NCBI GenBank assembly: GCA_000146045.2
Contig: BK006938.2
Location: 1,376,001 to 1,440,000, forward strand
Source of the DNA: TPA_inf: Saccharomyces
Lineage: Eukaryota
Direction: 5' to 3'
DNA length: 64,000 nucleotides
Shown: positions 34,453 to 45,156 of the stretch, piece after piece
Numbering within the stretch: position 1 is the stretch's first letter
Layout of the letters: each line of letters begins with the position of its first letter
The notes under the pieces: generated by a model
Told to the model about the DNA's origin: nothing
Databases searched by the model: none
Seen by the model: the letters and a program-made list of their open reading frames with translations, nothing else
Program-made: the position numbers and the translations under genes

Positions 34453-35127
34453 CTAATTAACTGACCCTTCGCCAAGAGTGCGAGCCTTAGTATCTAGACG
34501 TCTCGCAGGACCGTAACCTTCGAGGAGACCTAGAAGAAGCCACTCGGGCACGAACTCGCCAGGAACACGGTAGTACTTGAGCCTAGGGACGACGAAAATG
34601 AGCGTCTCGAGGGCGTGAGTCAGGAACTCGGCAACAATGATGAGTCGCAGCACAAGATCACTATCCAGCCACGCCTCTAAGGTGGAGCCCACAGGATTAG
34701 GGACCAGGAAAAAGATAGCGTGCAGTGCAGGACGATAGAGGTAGCACAATGGCGGTAGCGCCACGCCTACCAGGATCAACAAGTCTACTAGAGTGCAGGG
34801 GTACTCAACAGTGTCGATCTGGATGAGCGACAGCTTCCTCTTCTCCGCAGCGATGCGGAACATCTTGTTGAAGATTTGCTTGATTCCGGTAGCAGTGCGG
34901 GTATCGTTGCCCGTGTCATTGTCAATGAAGTAGATAATCTTCTCGATGTTCTGACCCGTTTCTGTGTGAAGGAACTTGAGCGTAAACGTGGACGTCTGCG
35001 TGTCGATCTCTGTCAGTCTGACATGCTTGACGGCCTTGGTAATGGGAACGTGGCCAAAAACGGCGAGACAATCCTCCAGCCCCAACTTGTGCGTATCGTT
35101 GATGCTTACAATTAACGAATCCCACAT
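34453..35127 (-). CDS. YDR476C: Uncharacterised conserved ORF of 224 aa (putative ER protein).
   Basis: The track ORF is 277 aa. Start chosen at internal Met MWDSLIVSINDTHKLG to match the known 224 aa. ORF evidence only. Confidence 0.5.
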   Translation of the reverse strand: MWDSLIVSINDTHKLGLEDCLAVFGHVPITKAVKHVRLTEIDTQTSTFTLKFLHTETGQNIEKIIYFIDNDTGNDTRTATGIKQIFNKMFRIAAEKRKLSLIQIDTVEYPCTLVDLLILVGVALPPLCYLYRPALHAIFFLVPNPVGSTLEAWLDSDLVLRLIIVAEFLTHALETLIFVVPRLKYYRVPGEFVPEWLLLGLLEGYGPARRLDTKARTLGEGSVN

Positions 35128-36372
35128 ACTTGTGTATACCCGTATACTTGCTTGAGTTGATAGAACGCACGCTCTCGCCGATATAAGCCTCCACTCTTTA
35201 TATATACCATATCCAAATAGGTGTGCACTTTGTGGCAAGGAGTAATTATAAACGAACAGAATATCCCGACCACATGGCAAGACCAAGAAAGTTCAAGACT
35301 GCGCAAGAAACGGCAGAACAGAAGCTGCTCACTAACTTCAACCTTGTAACTGAATTCGTAGGGTTAAAACTCCACCACGTTTGTAGCGGAGCAATGTCGC
35401 CTTTAAGAAGTCGCTAGCTATCTCTTTCGCCTCCGTATAGCAATCATTGTCTAATGCAATCCGCCATCGTTATGTCCGCGGCTTTTGTCTGGAGGGCAAA
35501 TCACGATAGGAAGAGGCATCTTCTGTAGTAAAGGCGTCTGTAGTAAAACCTTTTCTTGGAAGCCATAACAAATCATGGCCACCAATGCCTGGCAAAAAAG
35601 GGTGGCATTGAAGGGAAATTTCAAAGATTTTTTTAATAGAGGCCCTAGGAAAAAACATGTCCGTACGTTTAGATACGGTTATAAACTGTACAATCATTTG
35701 CTATCAAATGCTGAACCTTCCCCAAGGGACTAAAAGCTGGAAATGGCAGTGTGCTACTATTTCTTTTAGTCGTATATTTAACTCTCGATCTTGCAGGCTA
35801 TGATGTCCCATATGATGTCCCACATGACGCAAGTAACTTCAAAAAAAGAGGAATTGCGTGGCGGCGTGGATGCAAAAGGATGGGCGTGATGATGGGACTC
35901 GAGACCTGGTTTTACTCAATGTTAGTCATATGTATATAGTCCTTATAGGCCCATATTAGAAAGTACATGTCATAGTTACCCTCTGCAGTTTTTCTCGTAG
36001 CGGAAGGGGATGGAAATTTTTAACGTAAAAGAAAGTTGGTAAGAGTATGGCACATCAACAGGTAGCGTTATAGGGGCCAAGACATAGCTTTGGGCTTAGT
36101 ACTGTAGGCTTGTTACCAGAACTTTCATTTATCGAAATATTCTTTTTTCACATTTCCTCTTACTGCGCATTCGTGTCCAAACAGTCATTCAGGAAGTATA
36201 ACGATAAACAATAGATTGAAGCCTGAAAAAAAAAAAAAAAGCACGACAATAGAAATTGTTTCAGTGTCATTGGCTTTTGATAATATATAGAGGCTGTTTC
36301 AATAATCATAGCGAAAGAAATAGAAGTTTTTTTTTGTAACAAGTTTTGCTACACTCCCTTAATAAAGTCAAC

Positions 36373-38274
36373 ATGAGCAGTAACAACAACACAAACACAG
36401 CACCTGCCAATGCAAATTCTAGCCACCACCACCACCATCACCACCATCACCACCACCATCACGGTCATGGCGGAAGCAACTCGACGCTAAACAATCCCAA
36501 GTCGTCCTTAGCGGATGGTGCACATATCGGGAACTACCAAATCGTCAAAACGCTGGGAGAGGGGTCCTTTGGTAAAGTTAAATTGGCATATCATACCACT
36601 ACGGGCCAAAAAGTTGCTCTAAAAATCATTAATAAGAAGGTTTTGGCAAAGAGTGATATGCAGGGCAGAATTGAAAGAGAAATATCTTATCTGAGACTCT
36701 TAAGACACCCCCACATCATCAAACTGTATGATGTTATCAAATCCAAAGATGAAATCATTATGGTTATAGAGTACGCCGGGAACGAATTGTTTGACTATAT
36801 TGTTCAGAGAGACAAAATGAGCGAGCAAGAGGCAAGAAGATTTTTCCAGCAGATCATCAGTGCCGTCGAGTACTGCCATAGGCACAAAATTGTCCATAGA
36901 GATCTGAAGCCTGAAAACTTACTACTAGATGAGCATCTGAATGTAAAGATTGCCGATTTTGGTTTGTCAAACATCATGACTGATGGTAATTTCTTAAAGA
37001 CTTCTTGTGGTTCTCCCAATTATGCGGCTCCTGAAGTTATCAGCGGTAAGCTGTACGCAGGCCCAGAAGTGGACGTGTGGTCATGTGGGGTTATCCTTTA
37101 TGTTATGCTTTGTCGTCGTCTACCGTTTGACGATGAAAGCATCCCAGTGCTTTTCAAGAATATCAGCAACGGTGTTTACACCTTGCCTAAATTTTTATCT
37201 CCTGGAGCTGCTGGGCTAATCAAAAGAATGTTAATCGTTAATCCATTGAACAGAATAAGCATTCATGAAATTATGCAAGACGATTGGTTCAAAGTTGACC
37301 TGCCAGAATATCTACTTCCACCAGATTTGAAACCACACCCAGAAGAAGAGAATGAAAATAATGACTCAAAAAAGGATGGCAGCAGCCCAGATAACGATGA
37401 AATTGATGACAACCTTGTCAATATTTTATCATCGACCATGGGTTACGAAAAAGACGAGATTTATGAGTCCTTAGAATCATCAGAAGACACTCCTGCATTC
37501 AACGAAATTAGGGACGCGTACATGTTGATTAAGGAGAATAAATCTTTGATCAAGGATATGAAGGCAAACAAAAGCGTCAGTGATGAACTGGATACCTTTC
37601 TGTCCCAGTCACCTCCAACTTTTCAACAACAAAGCAAATCCCATCAAAAGAGTCAAGTAGATCATGAAACTGCCAAGCAACACGCAAGAAGGATGGCAAG
37701 TGCTATCACTCAACAAAGGACATATCACCAATCACCCTTCATGGATCAGTATAAAGAAGAAGACTCTACAGTTTCCATTTTGCCTACATCTTTACCTCAG
37801 ATCCACAGAGCTAATATGTTAGCACAAGGTTCGCCAGCTGCCTCTAAAATATCTCCTCTTGTAACGAAAAAATCTAAAACGAGATGGCATTTTGGTATAC
37901 GATCTCGCTCATATCCATTAGACGTTATGGGTGAAATTTATATTGCCTTGAAGAATTTGGGTGCCGAATGGGCCAAGCCATCTGAAGAGGATTTATGGAC
38001 TATCAAATTAAGGTGGAAATATGATATTGGAAACAAGACAAACACTAATGAAAAAATACCTGATTTAATGAAAATGGTAATTCAATTATTTCAAATTGAA
38101 ACCAATAATTATTTGGTGGATTTCAAATTTGACGGCTGGGAAAGTAGTTATGGAGATGATACTACTGTTTCTAATATTTCTGAAGATGAAATGAGTACTT
38201 TTTCAGCCTACCCATTTTTACATTTAACAACAAAACTAATTATGGAATTAGCCGTTAACAGTCAAAGCAATTGA
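36373..38274 (+). CDS. SNF1: AMP-activated protein kinase catalytic alpha subunit, 633 aa. It has an N-terminal His13 tract, a kinase domain, and C-terminal regulatory/KA1-like domains.
   Basis: MSSNNNTNTAPANANSSHHHHHHHHHHHHHGHGGSN…. Kinase motifs: GEGSFGKV, HRDLKPENLLLD, DFGLS. The track ORF starts 9 codons upstream. Confidence 0.9.
   Translation: MSSNNNTNTAPANANSSHHHHHHHHHHHHHGHGGSNSTLNNPKSSLADGAHIGNYQIVKTLGEGSFGKVKLAYHTTTGQKVALKIINKKVLAKSDMQGRIEREISYLRLLRHPHIIKLYDVIKSKDEIIMVIEYAGNELFDYIVQRDKMSEQEARRFFQQIISAVEYCHRHKIVHRDLKPENLLLDEHLNVKIADFGLSNIMTDGNFLKTSCGSPNYAAPEVISGKLYAGPEVDVWSCGVILYVMLCRRLPFDDESIPVLFKNISNGVYTLPKFLSPGAAGLIKRMLIVNPLNRISIHEIMQDDWFKVDLPEYLLPPDLKPHPEEENENNDSKKDGSSPDNDEIDDNLVNILSSTMGYEKDEIYESLESSEDTPAFNEIRDAYMLIKENKSLIKDMKANKSVSDELDTFLSQSPPTFQQQSKSHQKSQVDHETAKQHARRMASAITQQRTYHQSPFMDQYKEEDSTVSILPTSLPQIHRANMLAQGSPAASKISPLVTKKSKTRWHFGIRSRSYPLDVMGEIYIALKNLGAEWAKPSEEDLWTIKLRWKYDIGNKTNTNEKIPDLMKMVIQLFQIETNNYLVDFKFDGWESSYGDDTTVSNISEDEMSTFSAYPFLHLTTKLIMELAVNSQSN
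36424..36462 (+). repeat. (CAC/CAT)13 trinucleotide run encoding the polyhistidine tract of SNF1.
   Basis: Read directly: caccaccaccaccatcaccaccatcaccaccaccatcac. Confidence 0.95.
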
Positions 38275-38574
38275 TGGTGGAACGTAAAAGAATGATATGG
38301 AAGTTCCCTTTTTTTTATGTATCGTAACGTATTTGCAACATCTTTATAATATCCCTTTGTATAAAGTAAACAATCTTGATTAAATAAACCTGAACATAAT
38401 TTATTGATGTGAATGTTCTTTTATTGGCATTATTTCTTCGGATGAAAAGCAAATTTCACGCTCTATGAGAAAAATTGAAAACGCTATTCTATGTGAAAAT
38501 AGAGATGAGTACTACTAGTGGCTACAATAAAAATACTGAACCTTTGACAATCGTACAACAAAAGGATCCCAAAA

Positions 38575-39171
38575 ATGAATAAAGACCAGGCAGAAAAATA
38601 TCAAGAACGGAGTCTGCGACAAAAATACAACCTACTACATGTACTGCCAACACTGAATTCCAGAGCGTTATCGGGACTATACTATAAAAATTTTCATAAT
38701 TCTGTGAAGCGATATCAAATCATGCTGCCAGAACAACTGAAAAGTGGGAAATTTTGCTCCCATTGCGGGTGTGTTTACGTTCCTAATTTTAACGCAAGTC
38801 TTCAGTTAACGACTAATACCGAGCAAGGTGACTCCGACGAACTTGGCGGCGAGAGTATGGAAGGACCAAAAAAATGTATCCAGGTTAATTGCTTGAATTG
38901 TGAAAAGTCTAAATTGTTTGAGTGGAAATCTGAGTTCGTTGTTCCAACATTTGGACAAGATGTTAGTCCGATGATCAATAGTACCAGCAGCGGGAAGGTT
39001 TCGTACGCGGTAAAGAAGCCCCAAAAGAGTAAAACTAGTACTGGTAAGGAGAGATCCAAGAAGAGAAAGTTGAACTCACTTACAAACCTTTTATCGAAAA
39101 GAAATCAAGAGAAAAAAATGGAAAAGAAGAAAAGTTCGTCACTGTCATTAGAAAGTTTTATGAAAAGTTGA
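38575..39171 (+). CDS. SNM1: RNase MRP-specific protein subunit, 198 aa, with a Zn-cluster-like CxxC…CxxC motif.
   Basis: CSHCGCVY … CLNCEKSK cysteine pairs and a basic C-terminus. Length matches. Confidence 0.8.
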
Positions 39172-39209
39172 CTGTATCATCAGTGAACATATAGTATAAC
39201 AAATCAAGT

Positions 39210-40874
39210 TTATATAGTTGAATTGAGAGTGTCTGTTAGCTCTTCGATTGACGGATAAGATGCATCCGCGTCGATATTGTTGAGATTAGGAATAGTACCG
39301 TTTATACTTTCCTCATCAGCGCGGTCATCATCACTACTGTGAGTTAGACCGCCACTCATTGAACCCTTCGTCACGCCATGTACGCCTTGCCTATATGTTT
39401 CTTCCCTCAATGGATTAACTACTTCCTCCTCACCAAGGTTTGAAGAAATACCAGAATCCAGTTTTTTCCGCACGCAACTGTTGGTCCACATTCGCCTTCT
39501 ATATGAGCCCCTTTGTCCATCAAGATTGAGGTCATAGACCCATTTTGTTTCTGAATCTATCTCGACATACTGAATAAATTCGTCCTCTACCCATTCTTTT
39601 GGATCCAAATCAAGCACCCAATGAGAATTGGCTTCCCATTCCCAATCCTTAGGTGGCTCAATTTCTTCTAATGACTTCACTGAATTTTCCTCAATACGCC
39701 TCTGGTATATTCTCAAACTAGAGAAAAGAGAATAATCGTCATCAGAGAATCCAACTGGGCGCCATTCTTTGTATTCAGGAAGATACTTTTGGATCTCAAA
39801 GATCATAACAAGTCGGTGCTCCCTAGCCTCAATGAGTTTCAAATGCTGCAAAATCTTAGATTCCAGATTAGTACTTATAGTCAAAGTTTTTAATCTTGTC
39901 TCCTCCGAATTCAATTTAGTCAACAAATATTCACGATTGGACGGATGCGAGGCAATAAAAAAACCCCAACCTAGCAGTATCAGTACGGGTCTCATTGGAA
40001 TGAGCTTGATAAATTTATCCATGTACAGAAAATTTAATGTTGCTATTATTAACAATACAATAAAATAAAACGACGAAATAGCCTCGTTGGTGAAGAATGC
40101 AAACTTTTGTAATATGAGTAAAGTAAAATCGTAGAATTTAACATATAGCAGCATATGGTTTTGTAAATCCGTGAGGTTTAAGACAAATTCTTGGCTCAGT
40201 TCAGGGACTGGTTTAGGAACCTCAGGTCTTCGCAAAGGTGGGCCTTGTGCTGGTGTTTGATTATTATCTAGATAGCTTGTAGGGTTTGGCTTATGAATGT
40301 AAAGGTATTGCGGGACCATTACGCAGAATAACAAATAGAATATAGGGAGCGAAGAAAGCATTTGAAAAGGTTTCAATATAATGAGCGTGTATAAGAACAT
40401 GATAGATACTGTATACGCTGGGTTAGTCCAGTTTAATATCTTTATTAATTCATCCATAATCATGAATGGTACCCCTAGTCTCGAGTTCATCTGTATAAAA
40501 TTCCTACTCGTGATCTGCACAGACAGCTTAGGCCTTTCTTTACCAGCAACCATACGATGGTGAATTGTATCAACAGCCGTTTTGGAAGATGGTGGTAATG
40601 CCATTTTGATTATCTTCTCTACCAGGGTATCTGCCATCATCTTTTGGATGTTTGATGTCGAGGGAAAACCGCCACCACTAGTTGGCTGTCCACTGGAAGA
40701 TGGCAGACTACCACGTGTAGGATCACTAGTTCTAGAACCACTAGATATGCTCTCTTTCTTTGCCTGACTTTTTCCATCTATGCCATTTTGCACTTTCTTC
40801 CCCTTGAGAGTTGATCTAGTTGGAGTACCAGCATTATAGGTGTCATTCCAGAAAAAATTTGTCACCGAGTCCAT
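39210..40874 (-). CDS. PEX29: ER-resident peroxin (reticulon-like region, Pex24/28/29 family), 554 aa.
   Basis: Length and position (YDR479C) match. Multiple TM/hairpin segments in the middle third. Confidence 0.8.
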   Translation of the reverse strand: MDSVTNFFWNDTYNAGTPTRSTLKGKKVQNGIDGKSQAKKESISSGSRTSDPTRGSLPSSSGQPTSGGGFPSTSNIQKMMADTLVEKIIKMALPPSSKTAVDTIHHRMVAGKERPKLSVQITSRNFIQMNSRLGVPFMIMDELIKILNWTNPAYTVSIMFLYTLIILKPFQMLSSLPIFYLLFCVMVPQYLYIHKPNPTSYLDNNQTPAQGPPLRRPEVPKPVPELSQEFVLNLTDLQNHMLLYVKFYDFTLLILQKFAFFTNEAISSFYFIVLLIIATLNFLYMDKFIKLIPMRPVLILLGWGFFIASHPSNREYLLTKLNSEETRLKTLTISTNLESKILQHLKLIEAREHRLVMIFEIQKYLPEYKEWRPVGFSDDDYSLFSSLRIYQRRIEENSVKSLEEIEPPKDWEWEANSHWVLDLDPKEWVEDEFIQYVEIDSETKWVYDLNLDGQRGSYRRRMWTNSCVRKKLDSGISSNLGEEEVVNPLREETYRQGVHGVTKGSMSGGLTHSSDDDRADEESINGTIPNLNNIDADASYPSIEELTDTLNSTI

Positions 40875-41398
40875 CTAGACGTATATACAGTAGGAGACTG
40901 AAATTTTGCTACGTATACAGGTGAGTATATTCATGCGGCCTGATCAGTAATTAAAAATACACACTATTCCTCGTTGTTATTTCTTAAAATTAGTTCAAGA
41001 AGAAGGGGTAACCCCTAAGCTTCTTAAGTTCACCACAAAAGTATTACTGGATAGTGAAACAACAACCACCCATAACATTAGTTTCCTAAACACTACGGCG
41101 GTATTCACCTAGACGCCATCCTAGAAGGCTACAAAGTGATGCACGTATGATGATATCGGACATTAGAGCGTATACATACAACAGGTACACATAAAATTGT
41201 GATATGTCACAGCTTCATCACCCGGCGGACACGTCTATTAAATTATCAATAATTACATAATGTGCAGATCAAATAAACAATAAACATACAGCCATTTAAA
41301 TTTTGGTTATTAATGTTATTTTTCATTTCTATTGCTTGCAGTGGTATTTATGTGGTATAGTTAAGCCTGCAGGAATATTTAAGCAAAGAGGGAAAATT

Positions 41399-42370
41399 AT
41401 GAATAAAGAAGAGCAAGAAGACCCACAGCAAGAGCAAATATCAACTGTTCAGGAAAATGATCCCAGGAATTTGCAGCAACTGGGAATGCTGTTAGTATCT
41501 CCAGGGCTTGATGAAGACAGATTGAGTGAGAAAATGATTTCGAAGATCAAAAAATCCAGGGATATCGAAAAAAATCAAAAATTGCTCATATCTAGGCTGT
41601 CGCAAAAAGAGGAAGATCATAGTGGTAAGCCTCCTACCATTACGACTTCTCCAGCAGAGAAAACCGTACCCTTTAAGTCGCTGAATCATTCTTTAAAGAG
41701 GAAAAGGGTACCTCCAGCGCTAAATTTTTCCGATATACAAGCATCTTCTCATTTGCATGGATCTAAAAGTGCTCCACCAAACATAACAAGATTTCCGCAG
41801 CACAAAAATAGCCTTAGGGTCAGATATATGGGTAGGATGGCTCCTACGAATCAAGATTATCATCCTTCAGTGGCCAATTCATATATGACAGCAACCTACC
41901 CTTATCCATATACTGGACTGCCACCAGTACCATGCTACCCATATTCTTCAACTCCAACACAAACGCACGCATACGAAGGCTATTATTCCCCGATGTATCC
42001 CGGCCCCTTGTATAATAATGGTATAATACCAGCCGACTACCATGCAAAGAGGAAGAAGTTGGCTGGTAGATCACCACACTTGGAAGATTTGACATCGAGA
42101 AAAAGAACCTTTGTCTCCAAACACCACAACGGAGACCCAATCATAAGTAAGACTGATGAAGACATTGAATGCTCTGTCACGAAAAATTCATTAAGTGAGG
42201 GCGCTTCACTTAACGACGATGCCGATGATGACAACGACAAAGAAAGGATCATTATTGGAGAAATCTCTCTGTATGATGATGTTTTCAAATTTGAAGTTCG
42301 CGACGACAAAAATGACTATATGAAAGCATGTGAAACAATCTGGACTGAATGGCATAACTTGAAGAAATGA
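41399..42370 (+). CDS. DIG2: Ste12 inhibitor / MAPK (Fus3/Kss1) substrate, 323 aa.
   Basis: Start chosen at MNKEEQEDPQQEQ to give the known 323 aa. The track ORF has a 32-codon upstream extension. Confidence 0.75.
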   Translation: MNKEEQEDPQQEQISTVQENDPRNLQQLGMLLVSPGLDEDRLSEKMISKIKKSRDIEKNQKLLISRLSQKEEDHSGKPPTITTSPAEKTVPFKSLNHSLKRKRVPPALNFSDIQASSHLHGSKSAPPNITRFPQHKNSLRVRYMGRMAPTNQDYHPSVANSYMTATYPYPYTGLPPVPCYPYSSTPTQTHAYEGYYSPMYPGPLYNNGIIPADYHAKRKKLAGRSPHLEDLTSRKRTFVSKHHNGDPIISKTDEDIECSVTKNSLSEGASLNDDADDDNDKERIIIGEISLYDDVFKFEVRDDKNDYMKACETIWTEWHNLKK

Positions 42371-42460
42371 CGAGATTTCACTTCTTCACGCTATAGAATG
42401 CACCTAAAACTCGCCTGCACTCCGAAACGAAATGCGATACAGTACGTGTCATGCGGTTAG

Positions 42461-42491
<31 letters not shown>
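42461..42491. repeat. (TA)n microsatellite: TATATATA-CA-(TA)10.
   Basis: Read directly in the DIG2/PHO8 convergent intergenic region. Confidence 0.95.
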
Positions 42492-42549
42492 TCAAATAAA
42501 TTATAACGTATTAAATAATATGTGAAAAAAGAGGGAGAGTTAGATAGGA

Positions 42550-44250
42550 TCAGTTGGTCAACTCATGGTAGTATTCGTCATAATGTTGTACTTCACTAGC
42601 TATTTCTGTAGCATCAAAATCTGATGTGTGTTTGGTGTCCCTAATCAAATCAGTGACTTCGTTCAGGTTCAATTCTAAAAAGTTTTCTAAGAACTGGCCA
42701 ACTTCCGTATTTTCGTGATTGCCTTGTAAATTGTTCAAGACATATGACCATGTAGCTTTCTTATTGGCGTATGCATATATGTTGACGTCGACTGCGCTGT
42801 GACCATGCGTGGTCCAGCCAATTTGGGCCCTAAATGATACCATGTCATTCAGTTTGTCTTGGATAGCATTTGCGTTGTCATCCAAATGAATTAATGTTTC
42901 TAAATCGCTATCCGTGTAATCGTAAATACCCAAATCTTTTTCCAGGATCTCATGTTTGATGAAATTTTCTATTTTGCTGCTTGCGCCCTTATGCTCATGA
43001 ACAAAATCTACTAGTTTTCTTTTCAAAAACTCACCTGAATGGGTGGCGTTGGCGAGCACCTGTGGATACCAGACATACTGAGGATAGCTAGCAGTGACTT
43101 GTCTTGAAGTGACTAAACCACCCGTTTCATGATCCGACGTAGAGACCAAAACAGTCTCCGTATCGGAATTTTCAGCAAACTCCAAAACGTATTGGAATGC
43201 TTCATCGAAAGCCAACACCTCCCTTACCTGCGAAGCTGGATCGTTTTGGTGACCAGCATGATCAATTCTGGAGCCTTCCACCATTAAGAAAAACCCATTA
43301 GAATCTTTGTCCTCATTGGAAGCTTTTTCCAAGGCACCCAAAGCCACCTTGACTTGTTCCTTAAGGGAAGGATACTCCTTTTCATCTCTGTCAATTTCAA
43401 AAGGAATGTCGTTATCTGCAAAGAGACCCAAGAAAGGTAAAGTAACGTTTTCACCGTGGCTTTTCAACAAAGAATCAAAATTTTTACGGTCACCCACGTA
43501 CTGCCAGCCATTAGATTGAGCCTCATCGATTAAATCTCTTCCATCTTTTCTAGCACCGTGGTGACCATATGGAGAAGCCTTTTCGCCTTGAGGGTAGAAA
43601 TGGCTCCTGCCGCCACCCATGAGTAAGTCTACTACTCTCCCCAGAGGATATTCGCCTAACTGGTGCGTAGCGATAAGATCTTCCTGCCATCTGTAATCAA
43701 CATGTGAACTGAATGAAGCCGGAGTGGCATCTGTGATTCTTGTCGTAACAACAAGCCCAGTGAGATAACCTGCTAACTTAGCCGCCTCGAGCACTGTACC
43801 ACAAGGTCTGTGATGCGGATCAACACCGATGGCCCCATTATAGCTCTTTAATGCACATGCAAATGCGGTGGCGCCCGCAGCTGAGTCAGTGACTAGTGAG
43901 TCCGAGGACCTTGTTCTCGAAGACCCGATAAAATGCTCGTCAAGTGTCAGGATGTCGTCTATAGGTAAATCATTAACATGCTGGTTGAATGATCTTGCCA
44001 TGGACAAAGACGCAGGTCCCATCCCATCCGTCACGAAGAATATGACATTCTTCTTCTTGTGTGATGCAGAACGTAATGCAAAACTGCTTGGAAATGCCAG
44101 TTGCACTAAAACCAGCAACAAACCAATACAGACCACAGTGGATACTATTATCTTTGATCTCTTCGAGATCCGTCTCTTTTTAGGACGAGAGCTCGAGTCA
44201 GATCCAGGAACAAGACGTGTCTGTTCGCTTGGTAATGTGTGAGTCATCAT
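42550..44250 (-). CDS. PHO8: Repressible vacuolar alkaline phosphatase, 566 aa, a type II membrane protein.
   Basis: Alkaline phosphatase active-site region (VTDSAAGATAF). N-terminal signal-anchor. Length matches. Confidence 0.9.
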   Translation of the reverse strand: MMTHTLPSEQTRLVPGSDSSSRPKKRRISKRSKIIVSTVVCIGLLLVLVQLAFPSSFALRSASHKKKNVIFFVTDGMGPASLSMARSFNQHVNDLPIDDILTLDEHFIGSSRTRSSDSLVTDSAAGATAFACALKSYNGAIGVDPHHRPCGTVLEAAKLAGYLTGLVVTTRITDATPASFSSHVDYRWQEDLIATHQLGEYPLGRVVDLLMGGGRSHFYPQGEKASPYGHHGARKDGRDLIDEAQSNGWQYVGDRKNFDSLLKSHGENVTLPFLGLFADNDIPFEIDRDEKEYPSLKEQVKVALGALEKASNEDKDSNGFFLMVEGSRIDHAGHQNDPASQVREVLAFDEAFQYVLEFAENSDTETVLVSTSDHETGGLVTSRQVTASYPQYVWYPQVLANATHSGEFLKRKLVDFVHEHKGASSKIENFIKHEILEKDLGIYDYTDSDLETLIHLDDNANAIQDKLNDMVSFRAQIGWTTHGHSAVDVNIYAYANKKATWSYVLNNLQGNHENTEVGQFLENFLELNLNEVTDLIRDTKHTSDFDATEIASEVQHYDEYYHELTN

Positions 44251-44430
44251 GCTGCTAATGCGCGTTCAAATAATGTCCCGTATGCTGATATGTAAATGTT
44301 TATGTAGCCACTTGCTGGCAAAATGTGGAGCACGAAAAAATATAAACGTTTAGATACACTTCTTTCTTTATATACTAAAATCCCTTTACTTTTCCTCTAC
44401 GCGCGAAGCTTATCGCTATCGTCAATGCTG

Positions 44431-44838
44431 CTATTCATGTCGATGCTGCTCTTCCGTTAGACGCGCCTTACGAGGGGTGTACAAAGAGGACATCCGCTGC
44501 TGTTCTTGCCACTCGTTCGTCAGTTTTGCCCTCAACGCTTCACATTTCTTGTCAATCTGCTCTTCCGAGAGCGTTTCTTCCTCCTCCAGTCGGTCCCGTA
44601 GCTCGCTAACTTGTACTTCAATCTCACGTTTCTCCATATGAGTCTCTATCTGTTTCTGCACAGCAAGAGGCCTGCTTGCCTTGTCATGGCTGGCCTTTTT
44701 GATCGCATTTTGTCGTTGTTGCCGCTGCTGTTGACTACCCTGTGGTCTGCGCCTATTGTTGCTAGCAAGTGATCGCTGCACGTGGCCCGACGTAGATGAC
44801 CCTTTTGCCGACTTGAGCCCTATTCCGTTGTACGACAT
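44431..44838 (-). CDS. CWC21: Spliceosome-associated protein (cwf21 / SRm300 N-terminal motif), 135 aa.
   Basis: N-terminal MSYNGIGLKSAKGSSTSGHVQRSL cwf21 motif. Length matches. Confidence 0.8.
   Translation of the reverse strand: MSYNGIGLKSAKGSSTSGHVQRSLASNNRRRPQGSQQQRQQRQNAIKKASHDKASRPLAVQKQIETHMEKREIEVQVSELRDRLEEEETLSEEQIDKKCEALRAKLTNEWQEQQRMSSLYTPRKARLTEEQHRHE
44779..44784. promoter_or_regulatory. Pho4 E-box CACGTG (context GCACGTGGCC), consistent with the high-affinity PHO8 UASp2 at about -530. It lies inside the CWC21 coding sequence.
   Basis: CACGTG read directly. It is 529-534 bp upstream of the PHO8 ATG at 44250, on the PHO8 upstream side. Confidence 0.6.
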
Positions 44839-45156
44839 GACTGGACGGTGATGCAGTAGCTGTTAACCGTCGAATGGTATTGTGTAGAGCTCAAATTAGG
44901 ATTACACAGATTATAATACCACACTTATAGTGCCATTCTTGAGGTCTTACTTGATTCTTCCTTGCCTTTACCCGCACGCTTAATATAATTTTTCCTTCTT
45001 ATCTGCTACGCCTTCTTCTAGTAGGAAAAAAAAAAGAAATTTGGTGAAGAAACAGTCTGAAAAGGAGATAATTTGCGATTTAATTCGTTTATACATTTTA
45101 TGAATCTATAATACTGGAAGTGATATCCATATTCGCAAGCAGTTCCACTCGAAAGC

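Noticed and set aside
35751-35939. 62-aa ORF (contains the YDVP-YDVP repeat) in the SNF1 upstream region. Other 60-100 aa intergenic ORFs also occur in the track.
   Set aside because: It is short, hydrophobic, and arises from the 12-bp tandem duplication. There is no start context or conservation evidence.
44973-44980. Possible low-affinity PHO8 UASp1 near -728 (CGCACGCT).
   Set aside because: The sequence is CACGCT, not CACGTG or CACGTT, so I cannot support a Pho4 site here from sequence alone.
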